DNA of 64,000 nucleotides from a virus, in the IMG/VR virus record IMGVR_UViG_3300045988_150084; one strand, given 5' to 3'. The notes under the pieces were generated by a model. It saw only the letters and a list, made by a program, of their open reading frames with translations. It was not told the DNA's origin and did no database searches. Every line of letters begins with the position of its first letter. Positions within the stretch are counted from its first letter, which is position 1. The translations under genes and the position numbers were made by a program. This document shows positions 17,782 to 27,600 of the stretch, one piece after another.

Positions 17782-19749
17782 TTAATCTGCGAGACGGATT
17801 CTACTCGTATTCAAATCCATCACTAGCTCTACTTCTTCCACCTTCGTACCATGTCTAGCCTTGCCAACACCGAGCATGACCTTGTTCTTCTTTAGCTCCG
17901 CTTCTTCTGGCATAAGCTCTGGATTTTTACCTGGCCTCCACAGCAGGAAGATGTTATCCGCACTCGCTTCAAGGTCGCCGCCGCCTTTGAGGTCTGCCAT
18001 GCTAGGCTTCTCCCAGATACGGCTACCGCGATTCAACTGACTCAGAACAACCACATGAATGTTATTGTCTTTTGCAAGTGGTTTCATTCCTTTAGCCGTC
18101 TCAGCAAGAAACTCGAACTGAGAACAGTTCTTCATATACTGAATGTAGTCGATAAAAACAACATCCAACTGCCCCTCGAAGAGCTTTGCGTTTGCATCCT
18201 TGATGTAAGAATCCACCTGTTTGATGTCCAGACCGTTCTTATCAATAATGTACAGATGTTCCTTGAGCTTATCGAGACAGTTATATACGAGCACATCTCC
18301 CTGCTTAATCATCTCGTCAACGATTTCAACAGGTCTTGCCAGCATACACGCCAGCACGCGCTCATAAAGTGCTCCTGCGCTCATCTCCATTGAGAAATAG
18401 AGGATATTCTTACGCTGTCTCACCACCATATCCACGCACATACAGACGGTGATGAAGGTCTTTCCTGCGCCGCTATATCCACCAATGAAGGTAACATCCT
18501 TACGCCGTCCCCCACCTCTCACACCATCGTCAACAGCTGTGATACCATACTGGACGCTCTTCTCTTCAAGCATCGCTCTCGTCTCTTCTAGGCATTGCTC
18601 TGGCGCTTTGAAATCCTCATCGAGACGAATATCCTCTTGTGACACATGTAAGAAATCAAGAATTGCAGGACGCTCCAGTTTCCATCTCTTAGCAAGCATG
18701 TCGGCAATAGAAATTAATGTCAAGTTGTCTTTGATACTCTTTGAAAAGCTCTCCGCTACCTTCTTCTCTGCCGATTCGGAGGAACATTTATTAAGCTCCT
18801 GTTCCAACACAAAGAGGTCAAGCGATACACGTTCAAGAGAGTCGAGGTCATTGTTTCCCTTTGTAAAATACTCATTAGCGTCCTTGATACCGTCAGGAAG
18901 AATCAGCACCTCGAACGGCACATCGGCGGCATATTTCAGAACGTTCTTCCTCACCTTTGTTAGCAGCGGATAAGCTACACCGTCATTATCAGGGACGAGC
19001 ACCACGGTAAGAGACTCATATATCCTATGAATCTTTTGTAGCTCTTCGAGGTGATATTTAGACGGCTGAGAGGAATTGTAGGCAACCGCCGCATATCCAG
19101 CTTGGTGAAGACTCATCGCGTCGAAGAATCCTTCTACGAGAAACAGCGTATTGGTAAGTCGTTCTTTCGCCCCTCTGAGGTTGAACAGGAACTTAGATTT
19201 CGTAAAAATATCGTCGTTCTTGTTGGTTAGATACTTAGGAGTTCCCTCGAATCGCCGTAAAGCATAGCCGACATAGCGACCGTTAGTATCGACAAACGGA
19301 ATAAACACATTTCCATGATTATCCGCGCCCAACGTAAACTCATTAATCGTTTCTTCTGTAAGACCGCGTTCTTTTGTGAGGTAGTCATGCACGACCTTGA
19401 CGTTTTTGTGATACGTCTCTGCCGCTTCTTCGTTGTAGTTGACGATACTCTTGCGCTTCACATACCCTTCGTCTTGAGAAATATCAACGTTAAGCTCGTC
19501 AGCAAGAATCTCACAAGCGGTAAAGAAGTCAACCTGTTCCATTTCCTCGATTAGATTGATTACATCACCGCTCTTGCCACACGCCCAACAATGAAACGTC
19601 TTATGGTCATACACGCAGAACTCCGTGGCATTGTCGTGCTTGCAAATCGGACAGACACCACGATATACATTTCCCTGACATGTAAGCTCCGTGAACTTCT
19701 CGCAATACTCCACGAGGTCTATCTGGTCGATTAGTGCTCTTAAAATCAT
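17782..19749 (-). CDS. bifunctional DNA primase-helicase
   Basis: N-terminal CHC2 zinc finger (CPICKH...HCWACGKSGD). TOPRIM (LVEGFFDAMSL). C-terminal DnaB/RecA-like Walker A GGYSGAGKT. Confidence 0.8.
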   Translation of the reverse strand: MILRALIDQIDLVEYCEKFTELTCQGNVYRGVCPICKHDNATEFCVYDHKTFHCWACGKSGDVINLIEEMEQVDFFTACEILADELNVDISQDEGYVKRKSIVNYNEEAAETYHKNVKVVHDYLTKERGLTEETINEFTLGADNHGNVFIPFVDTNGRYVGYALRRFEGTPKYLTNKNDDIFTKSKFLFNLRGAKERLTNTLFLVEGFFDAMSLHQAGYAAVAYNSSQPSKYHLEELQKIHRIYESLTVVLVPDNDGVAYPLLTKVRKNVLKYAADVPFEVLILPDGIKDANEYFTKGNNDLDSLERVSLDLFVLEQELNKCSSESAEKKVAESFSKSIKDNLTLISIADMLAKRWKLERPAILDFLHVSQEDIRLDEDFKAPEQCLEETRAMLEEKSVQYGITAVDDGVRGGGRRKDVTFIGGYSGAGKTFITVCMCVDMVVRQRKNILYFSMEMSAGALYERVLACMLARPVEIVDEMIKQGDVLVYNCLDKLKEHLYIIDKNGLDIKQVDSYIKDANAKLFEGQLDVVFIDYIQYMKNCSQFEFLAETAKGMKPLAKDNNIHVVVLSQLNRGSRIWEKPSMADLKGGGDLEASADNIFLLWRPGKNPELMPEEAELKKNKVMLGVGKARHGTKVEEVELVMDLNTSRIRLAD

Positions 19750-20138
19750 GTACCAAGAAATCCTTTCAAGTCGATGTCATATTCCTTCTTATCCGTAATA
19801 CTCTTAACGGCTTTCTTCTCTTCTTCGGACTGCCGACTCTCAACCCATATCTGAGATATACGCTCAAGTGAGTACACATCTTCAACAGGAATCTCCGTCT
19901 CAGTCAGCATCACACAGATATTCTTTATGGTCTGCCGTGGTAGCTTCATAAGATAACTCCGACAAATGAAATACTCCTTACGCGGCTTACCTCCTACGAA
20001 TGGTTTCAGATGGATATTTTGAAGCCAAGTGAGACAGCACTTATGCACCTGTTTATTGAAATCCATCTTACTAAATTCTATAATTTCCTCCTTAGTCATA
20101 CAGTCACCTCCTTGAATCGTATCAATAAAGTGTTTCAT
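19746..20138 (-). CDS. hypothetical protein
   Basis: 130-aa ORF upstream of the primase-helicase. Confidence 0.4.
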   Translation of the reverse strand: MKHFIDTIQGGDCMTKEEIIEFSKMDFNKQVHKCCLTWLQNIHLKPFVGGKPRKEYFICRSYLMKLPRQTIKNICVMLTETEIPVEDVYSLERISQIWVESRQSEEEKKAVKSITDKKEYDIDLKGFLGT

Positions 20139-20247
20139 AAAGTAGTATCTATTTATATTTGATAGTATAAGTTACTACTCTATGGGTAAAAAAAGATGTA
20201 AGTATTACACGAAAAGACGGCCTGTTATGACCGTCCACGGAATAGTA

Positions 20248-20961
20248 TTATTTACGAGGGAACTTGAAATCAAGCACCTTGGCCGCAGCCTCCTTGAGAA
20301 CTGGGTCATTGCTGTTGAACTTCATCCACGTCAGAGACTTCATAGAAACCTCGGACAACTTTTTACCGTTGTTCATACTGCCGTCACTCACCACCATATC
20401 GAGGAGCTTCTGGATTTCCTCAGGTGCATTTGCCGTATCGACAGGCTTCTGATATGTGCTGCTTGAGCCGTAGGACTGCCGCTTGTCATACTCTACCTTG
20501 GCTTCGAGATTGCCACTACGCTCGTTCTCTGGGAGCGCCCAATCGGGGAGAGTAATCTTACCGTAGAAGCGTCCATTATGCAGGTCAACGCGCGGAGAAT
20601 CAAGCTCATAGAGGTAGCGACCAATACCGAGCTGTGCCGCGGCACGCTTGAGAGCACCAGAGATAGCACCCTTGAGAGGAGAAGCCTGTTCCGTGAACTC
20701 AGCTCCGTCCGACTTGATGATAGTCTTGCCGCCGAACTCACACGCCAGAGTGCAGATAACACCCTTAGAGCAAGTCTCAAAACTGTCTTTCCAGCCCTCT
20801 ACGCCGAAGACCTCATCGAGACGGTTCTGGATGCCACGTGCCGAGACATAGGCAAGCATCGTGCCGCTCTGACGGTCTTTGAAGGTACTACCTACACGCC
20901 ACTCAATCTCTTTGCTGGAAAACGGTGCGCGGAGCAGTTCAGCTACATTTTTTTCTGCCAT
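20248..20961 (-). CDS. Rad52/22-family single-strand annealing protein
   Basis: Conserved ISGALKRAAAQLGIGRYLY motif. Start reassigned to MAEKN, which is preceded by RBS GGAGGA. Confidence 0.7.
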   Translation of the reverse strand: MAEKNVAELLRAPFSSKEIEWRVGSTFKDRQSGTMLAYVSARGIQNRLDEVFGVEGWKDSFETCSKGVICTLACEFGGKTIIKSDGAEFTEQASPLKGAISGALKRAAAQLGIGRYLYELDSPRVDLHNGRFYGKITLPDWALPENERSGNLEAKVEYDKRQSYGSSSTYQKPVDTANAPEEIQKLLDMVVSDGSMNNGKKLSEVSMKSLTWMKFNSNDPVLKEAAAKVLDFKFPRK

Positions 20962-21136
20962 TTTGTTCTTCCTCCATCTTGAACTGAATATTAACCTTTG
21001 GCACATAGCGAGTACCGTGAGAATCAACGGCGTAAATCCTGATTGGAATACCGTGTTTTATACAGTTTTTGCAATAAGCTGTTGCTTCGTTTACTTCGTC
21101 CGTGAGCACTCCAAATTCTTCGTGGATAAACGTCAT
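20939..21136 (-). CDS. small hypothetical protein (contains the protospacer for CRISPR spacer 2)
   Basis: 65-aa ORF. Nucleotides 21054-21093 are the exact reverse complement of array spacer 2. Confidence 0.35.
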   Translation of the reverse strand: MTFIHEEFGVLTDEVNEATAYCKNCIKHGIPIRIYAVDSHGTRYVPKVNIQFKMEEEQNGRKKCS

Positions 21137-21284
21137 TCTTACGACCTCCTATGTGATAATACCAGTATAGCAGAGTTAGAGCTTTACGTCAATAAAAAAT
21201 TCATTTACCCAGTAATACTTTTCGGCAGACGTTCTCGTGGTAAATCAATAATAGCACTTTGTTCGATTAGTGTCAATCTTAACT

Positions 21285-22061
21285 TTACTTAGAAAGACGC
21301 TTTGCGAGACGTACAGCGAGAGCAGGGTTTGTCTTAGAGAGACTACGCATAAAGTCAGAATCGATAGCTTTTTTTGAAGAGACGATAGGCTTCACATCGA
21401 CGGCATAGACAACGGCATGGTTTCTAGCAGGTTTCCCAATATCCTTCTTAGCTTTTTTGCCGAGTTGCCAGTTGTTTTTAAGAGCAGCGAAAAAGTAGGC
21501 AATAGGATTCTTGACAGAGAGGGAGCTATTGAGAAGGGCGAGCTTTTCTTCAACGTAGTTTACGCCAAGCTCTTTCATCTCCTCGAAGGAGCACGGCTTA
21601 TTGCCAGCCAGCTTGCGTCCGTATTCCAGAACTTTCGTTGCGTAGAGGACGGGGGAAATACCGAGGGCAGCAGCTTTCTGTCCAACGGCGGCATGGTGGC
21701 TAGTCTCAGTCTCCTTCTCAACATCGTTATTATTTGTTTTAACTATTCTAGTTTGTTCTTTGCGATTCGTAGCCATAGGGCATGTCATGGGCTTCTCGAG
21801 GATGCGGACATAGCGGCCAAGCACCATTTTAGGGATTTTGGGAGAGTACATGAGCTTGACGGCAACAAGACCAGCGCGGCGAAGGTCGGTAATGATATGA
21901 CTGATACGCGACATGGATTTACCCATCATCTCTGCAAGGCTTCGATTGTTCGCCCAGCATGAACCTGTTTTTGCGGAAAGATATTCAATTCTCTCGAACA
22001 GCAATACATGTGTGGATGTCATTTTGATACCGTTAATAGTGTCGTTCGGTTTGAACTTCAT
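21285..22061 (-). CDS. putative replication-initiation/replisome-organiser protein (N-terminal winged HTH)
   Basis: 258 aa. N-terminal HTH-like region (SLAEMMGKSMSRISHIITDLRRAGLV). Adjacent to the DnaA-box region and the primase-helicase module. Confidence 0.5.
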   Translation of the reverse strand: MKFKPNDTINGIKMTSTHVLLFERIEYLSAKTGSCWANNRSLAEMMGKSMSRISHIITDLRRAGLVAVKLMYSPKIPKMVLGRYVRILEKPMTCPMATNRKEQTRIVKTNNNDVEKETETSHHAAVGQKAAALGISPVLYATKVLEYGRKLAGNKPCSFEEMKELGVNYVEEKLALLNSSLSVKNPIAYFFAALKNNWQLGKKAKKDIGKPARNHAVVYAVDVKPIVSSKKAIDSDFMRSLSKTNPALAVRLAKRLSK

Positions 22062-22348
22062 GTTGTACCTCCATTTTTAATAAAAAAATAAGCGTCCAAC
22101 ACACCTTTTTGGTGCATCAGACGCTCTTGTTTCTTGAATCAGATGCTAGACTATGTTATAATAGTCGTAGATAGTTGATGAAACAGGTGTTGTCTATTTA
22201 TTTTGTTTCACCGACTTGCGTAGCTGAGTGGTGTGAAGATTACCAGCCGCGCTCGCTCTACTGGGTGGTGTAAAGGTAGACCAGTAAAGCCGCTTCTAAG
22301 TGACGCCAATCACTTGGGAGCATTTTTTTTGTTCAATTTTCAAGGAAA

Positions 22349-22369
22349 TGTGGATAACGCTGTGGATAA
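22349..22369. promoter_or_regulatory. two perfect DnaA boxes (TGTGGATAA x2, reverse complement of TTATCCACA)
   Basis: Direct sequence match at 22349-22357 and 22361-22369. A partial box lies at about 22404-22410. An A/T run is adjacent. Confidence 0.5.
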
Positions 22370-22468
22370 CTCGTGCTTCACAGATTGCTACCTACGTCTT
22401 ATATGATAACTCGCTAACCCTTATGTAGTCAACGCTTAAAAGCAAATATTTACACAAAAGGTTCGGTA

Positions 22469-22488
22469 TATTACTGAGTATTACTCAA
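22469..22488. repeat. two tandem 10-bp iterons (TATTACTGAG/TATTACTCAA), candidate parC/ParR operator
   Basis: Directly abuts the -35 of the parM promoter. Confidence 0.35.
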
Positions 22489-22500
22489 TGATATTTTTTC

Positions 22501-22529
22501 TTGACGTATCGCTTATAGTGTTATACAAT
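22501..22529 (+). promoter_or_regulatory. sigma-70-type promoter for parM (TTGACG-17 nt-TACAAT)
   Basis: Near-consensus hexamers with 17-nt spacing, 44 nt upstream of the parM start. Confidence 0.55.
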
Positions 22530-22572
22530 GTGAGCGTAGATGATTTTTGCTTATCGAGAAGGAGGAATTGCC

Positions 22573-23484
22573 ATGATTTCTATCGACGTAGGATTCGGTA
22601 ACACTAAGGTGTATGACGGCGAAACCTTAAACGTGTTCCCCTCTATCTATTACCGCGCCAAGGCAGCCGAAGCCGTGAACGACCCAAGAGATATGCTCCT
22701 TGAACTTGACGGTGAAAGGTATCATGTTGGTATCACAGCCCTGCATAAAGGTGGGGAGTCACAGATGGAGCGTCACAACCTCCTCCGTCACAAGCTCTTC
22801 ATTCTCTCTGCGATTTGCGCTACAACGAGAGGGGATTTCTCCGATAAGGTTCTTCTTGGTCTTCCGATTAGCGACATGGAGACGATGAAGGAATCTGTTG
22901 AAGGATTGAAAGGCGTATACCACGTTATTTTCAACGGAGAGACGCGAGAAATCAACATCACGGCTATTAAGGTATATCCCCAGTCAGAAGCCGTATACAA
23001 CCTCCTAGAGCGTCAGGACGAGAATATCAGAGACAAGGCAATCGGTATCATCGACGTGGGACAGAAAACAGTTGACCTCGCCTACTACAACTACGGCACG
23101 CTTGATGATGATAGGTGCGGTAGTCTCACAAAACTCGGTTGCAAGTCGGCATACCTTGACATCCAGAAAGCGCTTAATCGTGTCTGCGACATCGATACTG
23201 AGTGGTATCTGGTATCTAAGTTCTTGAACCGCGAAGCAATAGAAGAAGATAAGAATCGTGCGTTTGAGGACATGGCGCGTAAGATTCTGAGCGCAACCAG
23301 TAATCTTGGATGGAACTACCATGAACTCGATGCAGTATACCTTATCGGCGGCGGTAGTTCTTATGTTGAGCCGTTTGTAAAAGAGCATGTAAAGGTTCTT
23401 ACTGGAGAGAGCGAAAAAGTTATTATTCCGTCTAACCCAGTATTCGCGAATGTGAGGAGTTACTACGAGGGGGAATTGAAATGA
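22573..23484 (+). CDS. parM: actin-like ATPase ParM/StbA-family segregation protein
   Basis: Phosphate-1 motif ISIDVGFGNTK and GIIDVGQKTVDL, C-terminal YLIGGGS. Start reassigned to the ATG at 22573, which has RBS AGGAGG. Confidence 0.8.
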   Translation: MISIDVGFGNTKVYDGETLNVFPSIYYRAKAAEAVNDPRDMLLELDGERYHVGITALHKGGESQMERHNLLRHKLFILSAICATTRGDFSDKVLLGLPISDMETMKESVEGLKGVYHVIFNGETREINITAIKVYPQSEAVYNLLERQDENIRDKAIGIIDVGQKTVDLAYYNYGTLDDDRCGSLTKLGCKSAYLDIQKALNRVCDIDTEWYLVSKFLNREAIEEDKNRAFEDMARKILSATSNLGWNYHELDAVYLIGGGSSYVEPFVKEHVKVLTGESEKVIIPSNPVFANVRSYYEGELK

Positions 23485-23894
23485 GCAAGAGAGTCTCAGT
23501 AGTATTTCCTGGGCTTATCGGGGACTATGTGGAAAAACGCATGAACCAGCTCGGTCTTACTCCTAGTCAGTTCCTTCATATCATGGTTATCAGGGACTTA
23601 ATCAGACCGTTGACCATTGAAGAAGCTGGCATCTTGAGCATCGGCGTAGGTCGTATGAAGTCAGGCGGCAGTGCGGAACAGGTTATCGCTGGACTTGCCC
23701 CACTATTCGAGAGAGAAGGTTACTCCAAAAAACAGGAAGAGGAAGAACCTTTAGGAGACGATGACGTAAAGAAAGTGGTTAGCGACATCCTCTCCGAGCC
23801 AATCCCAGAACCGCCAAAGGTAGAAGAGCCAAAACAGACCGTAGAGAAACACCAAGACGAGCCTAAGATGGGGAATATGACAGGCTACATCTGA
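23481..23894 (+). CDS. parR: ParR-like DNA-binding adaptor (putative RHH N-terminus, acidic C-terminus)
   Basis: 137 aa, translationally coupled to parM. N-terminal basic and hydrophobic region. C-terminal E/D-rich tail. Confidence 0.5.
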   Translation: MSKRVSVVFPGLIGDYVEKRMNQLGLTPSQFLHIMVIRDLIRPLTIEEAGILSIGVGRMKSGGSAEQVIAGLAPLFEREGYSKKQEEEEPLGDDDVKKVVSDILSEPIPEPPKVEEPKQTVEKHQDEPKMGNMTGYI

Positions 23895-23912
23895 AAATAG
23901 GCAAAAAAATAA

Positions 23913-23939
23913 GGGGACTGCGAAAGCAGCCCTCTTTTT
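23913..23939. terminator. bidirectional terminator between convergent parR and the HTH gene
   Basis: GGGACTGC-GAAA-GCAGCCC hairpin with A-run and T-run flanks. Confidence 0.5.
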
Positions 23940-24384
23940 ATAGTTTATTTTTTCTTTTCATCGGATATAAAGCGAATACGGCTTTCTCAAGGTCAGACGC
24001 AAGGTTTTTCTCCGCTGCTTCTTTTTCCAGCCGTAATTTTTCCTCGATTTGTTTCTTCTTATAAGCGGCGTAACCCCTTACGAGATAGTCGCGCCCTTCT
24101 CTTGTGTGAATCCATTTTTCCACATCAGCAGGGAGTGTAACAAGTTGTTCAGAAACACTAGCTTCACCTAACAGCGTATCGACAGGGATATTCATGCCCT
24201 CTGCGGCTTTGATGATGTTTTTGAGATAGACACGGCTACCCTTCATCGCTTGTAGGTATTGTGGTTTCCAGCCAATGCTACGGCAAAACTCGGCGGCAGA
24301 GATTTTATGCTGCTTGGTATATCTCTTAATAGTCTCGAACAGATAATCTCCGCTAATGTGTGTTGACTTACTATTATTTACCAT
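23938..24384 (-). CDS. XRE-family HTH transcriptional regulator
   Basis: HTH region KISAAEFCRSIGWKPQYLQAMKG. Start moved to MVNNSK, which has RBS AAGGAGTG. Confidence 0.6.
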   Translation of the reverse strand: MVNNSKSTHISGDYLFETIKRYTKQHKISAAEFCRSIGWKPQYLQAMKGSRVYLKNIIKAAEGMNIPVDTLLGEASVSEQLVTLPADVEKWIHTREGRDYLVRGYAAYKKKQIEEKLRLEKEAAEKNLASDLEKAVFALYPMKRKNKL

Positions 24385-24614
24385 TCGAACACACTCCTTA
24401 CCAATAAATAATACAATGTGCAATCGCATGTTATCAGTACATATAATTTTTACTTTGTCCTAGTATAAAAAGCAACGAAATTTATTTATTCAAATATGAT
24501 AGTATGCTTTTCTTTCATAACTAGTTAGATAACATCGTAGAGCGTCACAAGACTCTATTTACATTATATTGAATAGCAGGAGAATCCGCAAGACCTAAAT
24601 CATGCTAGTTAATA

Positions 24615-27600
24615 TTAAATAATACTCCTAAATTTGTTGCCAACAACAGACATCCGATAGATTTTATTCGTCTCGATTGGTACATAAACACTATTGAACA
24701 TTACCATATCGTGCTGAGTTCCATCGGGACATTCCAGAGTAAAGAACATCATAGGCTTACCGTTTTTCTGTTTCCAATGTTTGATACGTCGCACAACACC
24801 GAGAACAATACGGACACGTTTGTCTTGCTCATCGGGAGCCTGATATTTACTTGTATCATAATCAGCGAAAATATCTTCAAAGGTCATGCCGAGCACTTCC
24901 AGCTCTCCAGCCTTGTAATCATAGTCTTCGTCGGTATTCTTAACCTCTTTGATTTTCTGTTCGATGTCCCAATACTTAGAGCTGTAATCAAGATACTTCT
25001 TATGAGCTTCTTTCTTCTTCTTCGTACCGTCTTTCGCTGTCTCATAGATAGCCTTATTCTTCTCGATTCGCTCTTTCACGGTAGAAAGCTGTCTGTTCAG
25101 CTTGTCAAGCGTGCCGCTCTGGTATACATCCTGCAAGAGTTCACTCCTGTCACCGAGGAAGTCAAGTGCTCCTGCTTTGATAAGATTTTCTACCTTGTCC
25201 TTTGGGAGTTTCTTATAGCTCTGATAGTCAAGAGGAACAGGAATATCGCCAATGCCAGAGATATAGTTAATAGCCATTCTGATAGTTTTATCGTCAACCA
25301 CTTCCCAATCACAGGTATGTGAACGCGCATCGGGAGGGAGAATCTTGATACCGTGCCGACGAGCGTCATTGACATATACTAGAAGGTCTTCCTGTTTGTC
25401 TCCGTTGTAGGCGTTGAGATAGGCACAAAGGAACTCAGCAGGGTAATGAGCCTTGAGGTATGCCGTCTGATAGCAAGTATAGCCGTAAGCCGCGCTGTGC
25501 GATTTGTTGAACTGATACGCCGCCGCATTGGACAACCATTCTGCCAACTTTTGAGCGACATCTTGACTTACACCACGTTTCTCGCAATCATTCACAAACT
25601 GAGGGACAAGTTTAGCCATCTCCTCTGGAATCTTCCTACCGATAGCACGACGAAACACATCTGCTTGACCAAGGTCATACCCTGCCATAGCCTGTACAAT
25701 CTGCATAGCCTGTTCCTGATAAAGCATGACACCATAGGTATCTTTCAAGCAATCCTCTACCCAAGGATGGATGTATGTAAACGGCTGTCCTTTTCTCCGA
25801 TTCGTAAACTCATCAACCATGCCGCTCTGAATAGTGCTAGGACGATACAATGCCACCAACGGAACAATATCGAACACATTTTGAGGTTTGATGTCTTGAA
25901 TGATTTTCCGCATACCACCAGACTCAATCTGAAAACATCCGAGAACATCATCATGGTTCAGCATATCGAAGGTAGCCGTATCTGTGTCAGGAAGGTTGTC
26001 TACGTCCACAGACGCGCCGTAACGTGCCTCCACCATCTTACAGGTGTTATCTATCACGTCAAGCGTTTTAATGCCCAGAACGTCCTCTTTGAGTAGTCCC
26101 ATGGCTTCGAGGTCGTGATACTCATAGGCACACACATAGTCTTCTCCCTGTTTCTCAATAGCACACCACTCCGTAGGGTCACTAGAAAAAAGCATGACAG
26201 CACTTGCATGACAGCCATAGTTTTGAATAATGCCAACATACTTCATCGCAAGGTCTTTCAAACGCTCATCGGTCTGTTCTTCAATGGTCTTAGGAAGATT
26301 GCGAATCGCAGAAGGTTCATAGCCAAGACTTCTAGCCGCTCTTTGAATTGCCGCACGCTCCCCCATCAGTCCAAAAGTGCGAACGTGATATACCTCGTGA
26401 TACTTGTCTACAAGATATTGGATAGCATCGCCGCGCCTACTGTTGGGAACATCCGTGTCAATATCTGCGCTCGAACTTCTTTTGTCGTGTGCAAACCTTT
26501 CAAAGATAAGCCCGTACTTGATAGGGTCAATGCGAGTAATGTCCATGAGGTAAGCAACAAGACAGCCACCGACACTACCACGTCCGATACCCGTCCTGAT
26601 ACCGAGGTTGTGACATCCTCTTACAAAGTCCTCTGTCATAAGCATGTAGTTCGTATAGTCAATCTTATCGAGAACCTTGATTTCATGGTCAATCTGCGCT
26701 TTGTACTTGGGATATTCTGACTCAGGAACATGACCGACAATCTTCTTTTTGAACCCATCCGCTACTAGCTTGCACATCTGAGAGAGGGGCGTTTCGCCGT
26801 CAGGAACTTCAAAGACAGGATAATGTTTTTCTCCAAAAGGAATCTCTACCTGCTCACACTTGTCCGCTACACGCTCAGTTTCCTCGATTAGCTCATCAGC
26901 AATAGTGCCGTCAAGGTAGCTCAGAGCATCGCGTGCTTGCTGTTCGGAATGGATATAGTAATCGTCAGTCTGATAGTAAGTGCTGTCTTCGTCGATACCG
27001 AGCCATTTCCTATGTGTGTCCGCTTCATCTTTGTTGACATAGTGAGAGTCCTCAGTAACATAAGCAGAGATACCTAAGTCCGTGGCGAGGTCAAGCATGT
27101 TCTGGTTATACTTCTTTTGCTCTTCATCTGTACCGAGCTGCAATTCAACATAAAAATCCTCACCAAAAACATCTTGGAAGGTCTTAGCACGGTCATAGGC
27201 AAGGTCATAGTCCCACTCGTCACCGTTTCGCGGATTGAGAAGACCACCCATGCAAGCAGAGGAAATAATCAGACCTTCTTTATGAGCGATAATATCCTCG
27301 GTAGTGAGCCGCATTGTGTAGAAGAAATTATCAGGTTTATTTCCCTTGTCACCATATCCAATCGTTGCTAATCGGAGAAGATTATGATAGCCTGTCTCGT
27401 TCTTAGCAAGTAAGATAATATGGCAACTAGCCTTTCTGTCTTTGACGTAATAGTTAGGAACCCAGTACCCCTCCATACCAAAGATAAACTTGATAGATGT
27501 ACCGTGCTCCTTGTTGTACTTCTTTGTCTCTTTGTACGCCTCCATAAGACCGCTCGTCGTGCCGTGGTCTGTCAGCGCCCAAGCAGTTTGTCCAAGCTCT

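Noticed and set aside
22080-22140. AGCGTC...GACGCT inverted repeat after the replication-initiator gene as a terminator
   Set aside because: Large loop and no adjacent T-run, so this is weak.
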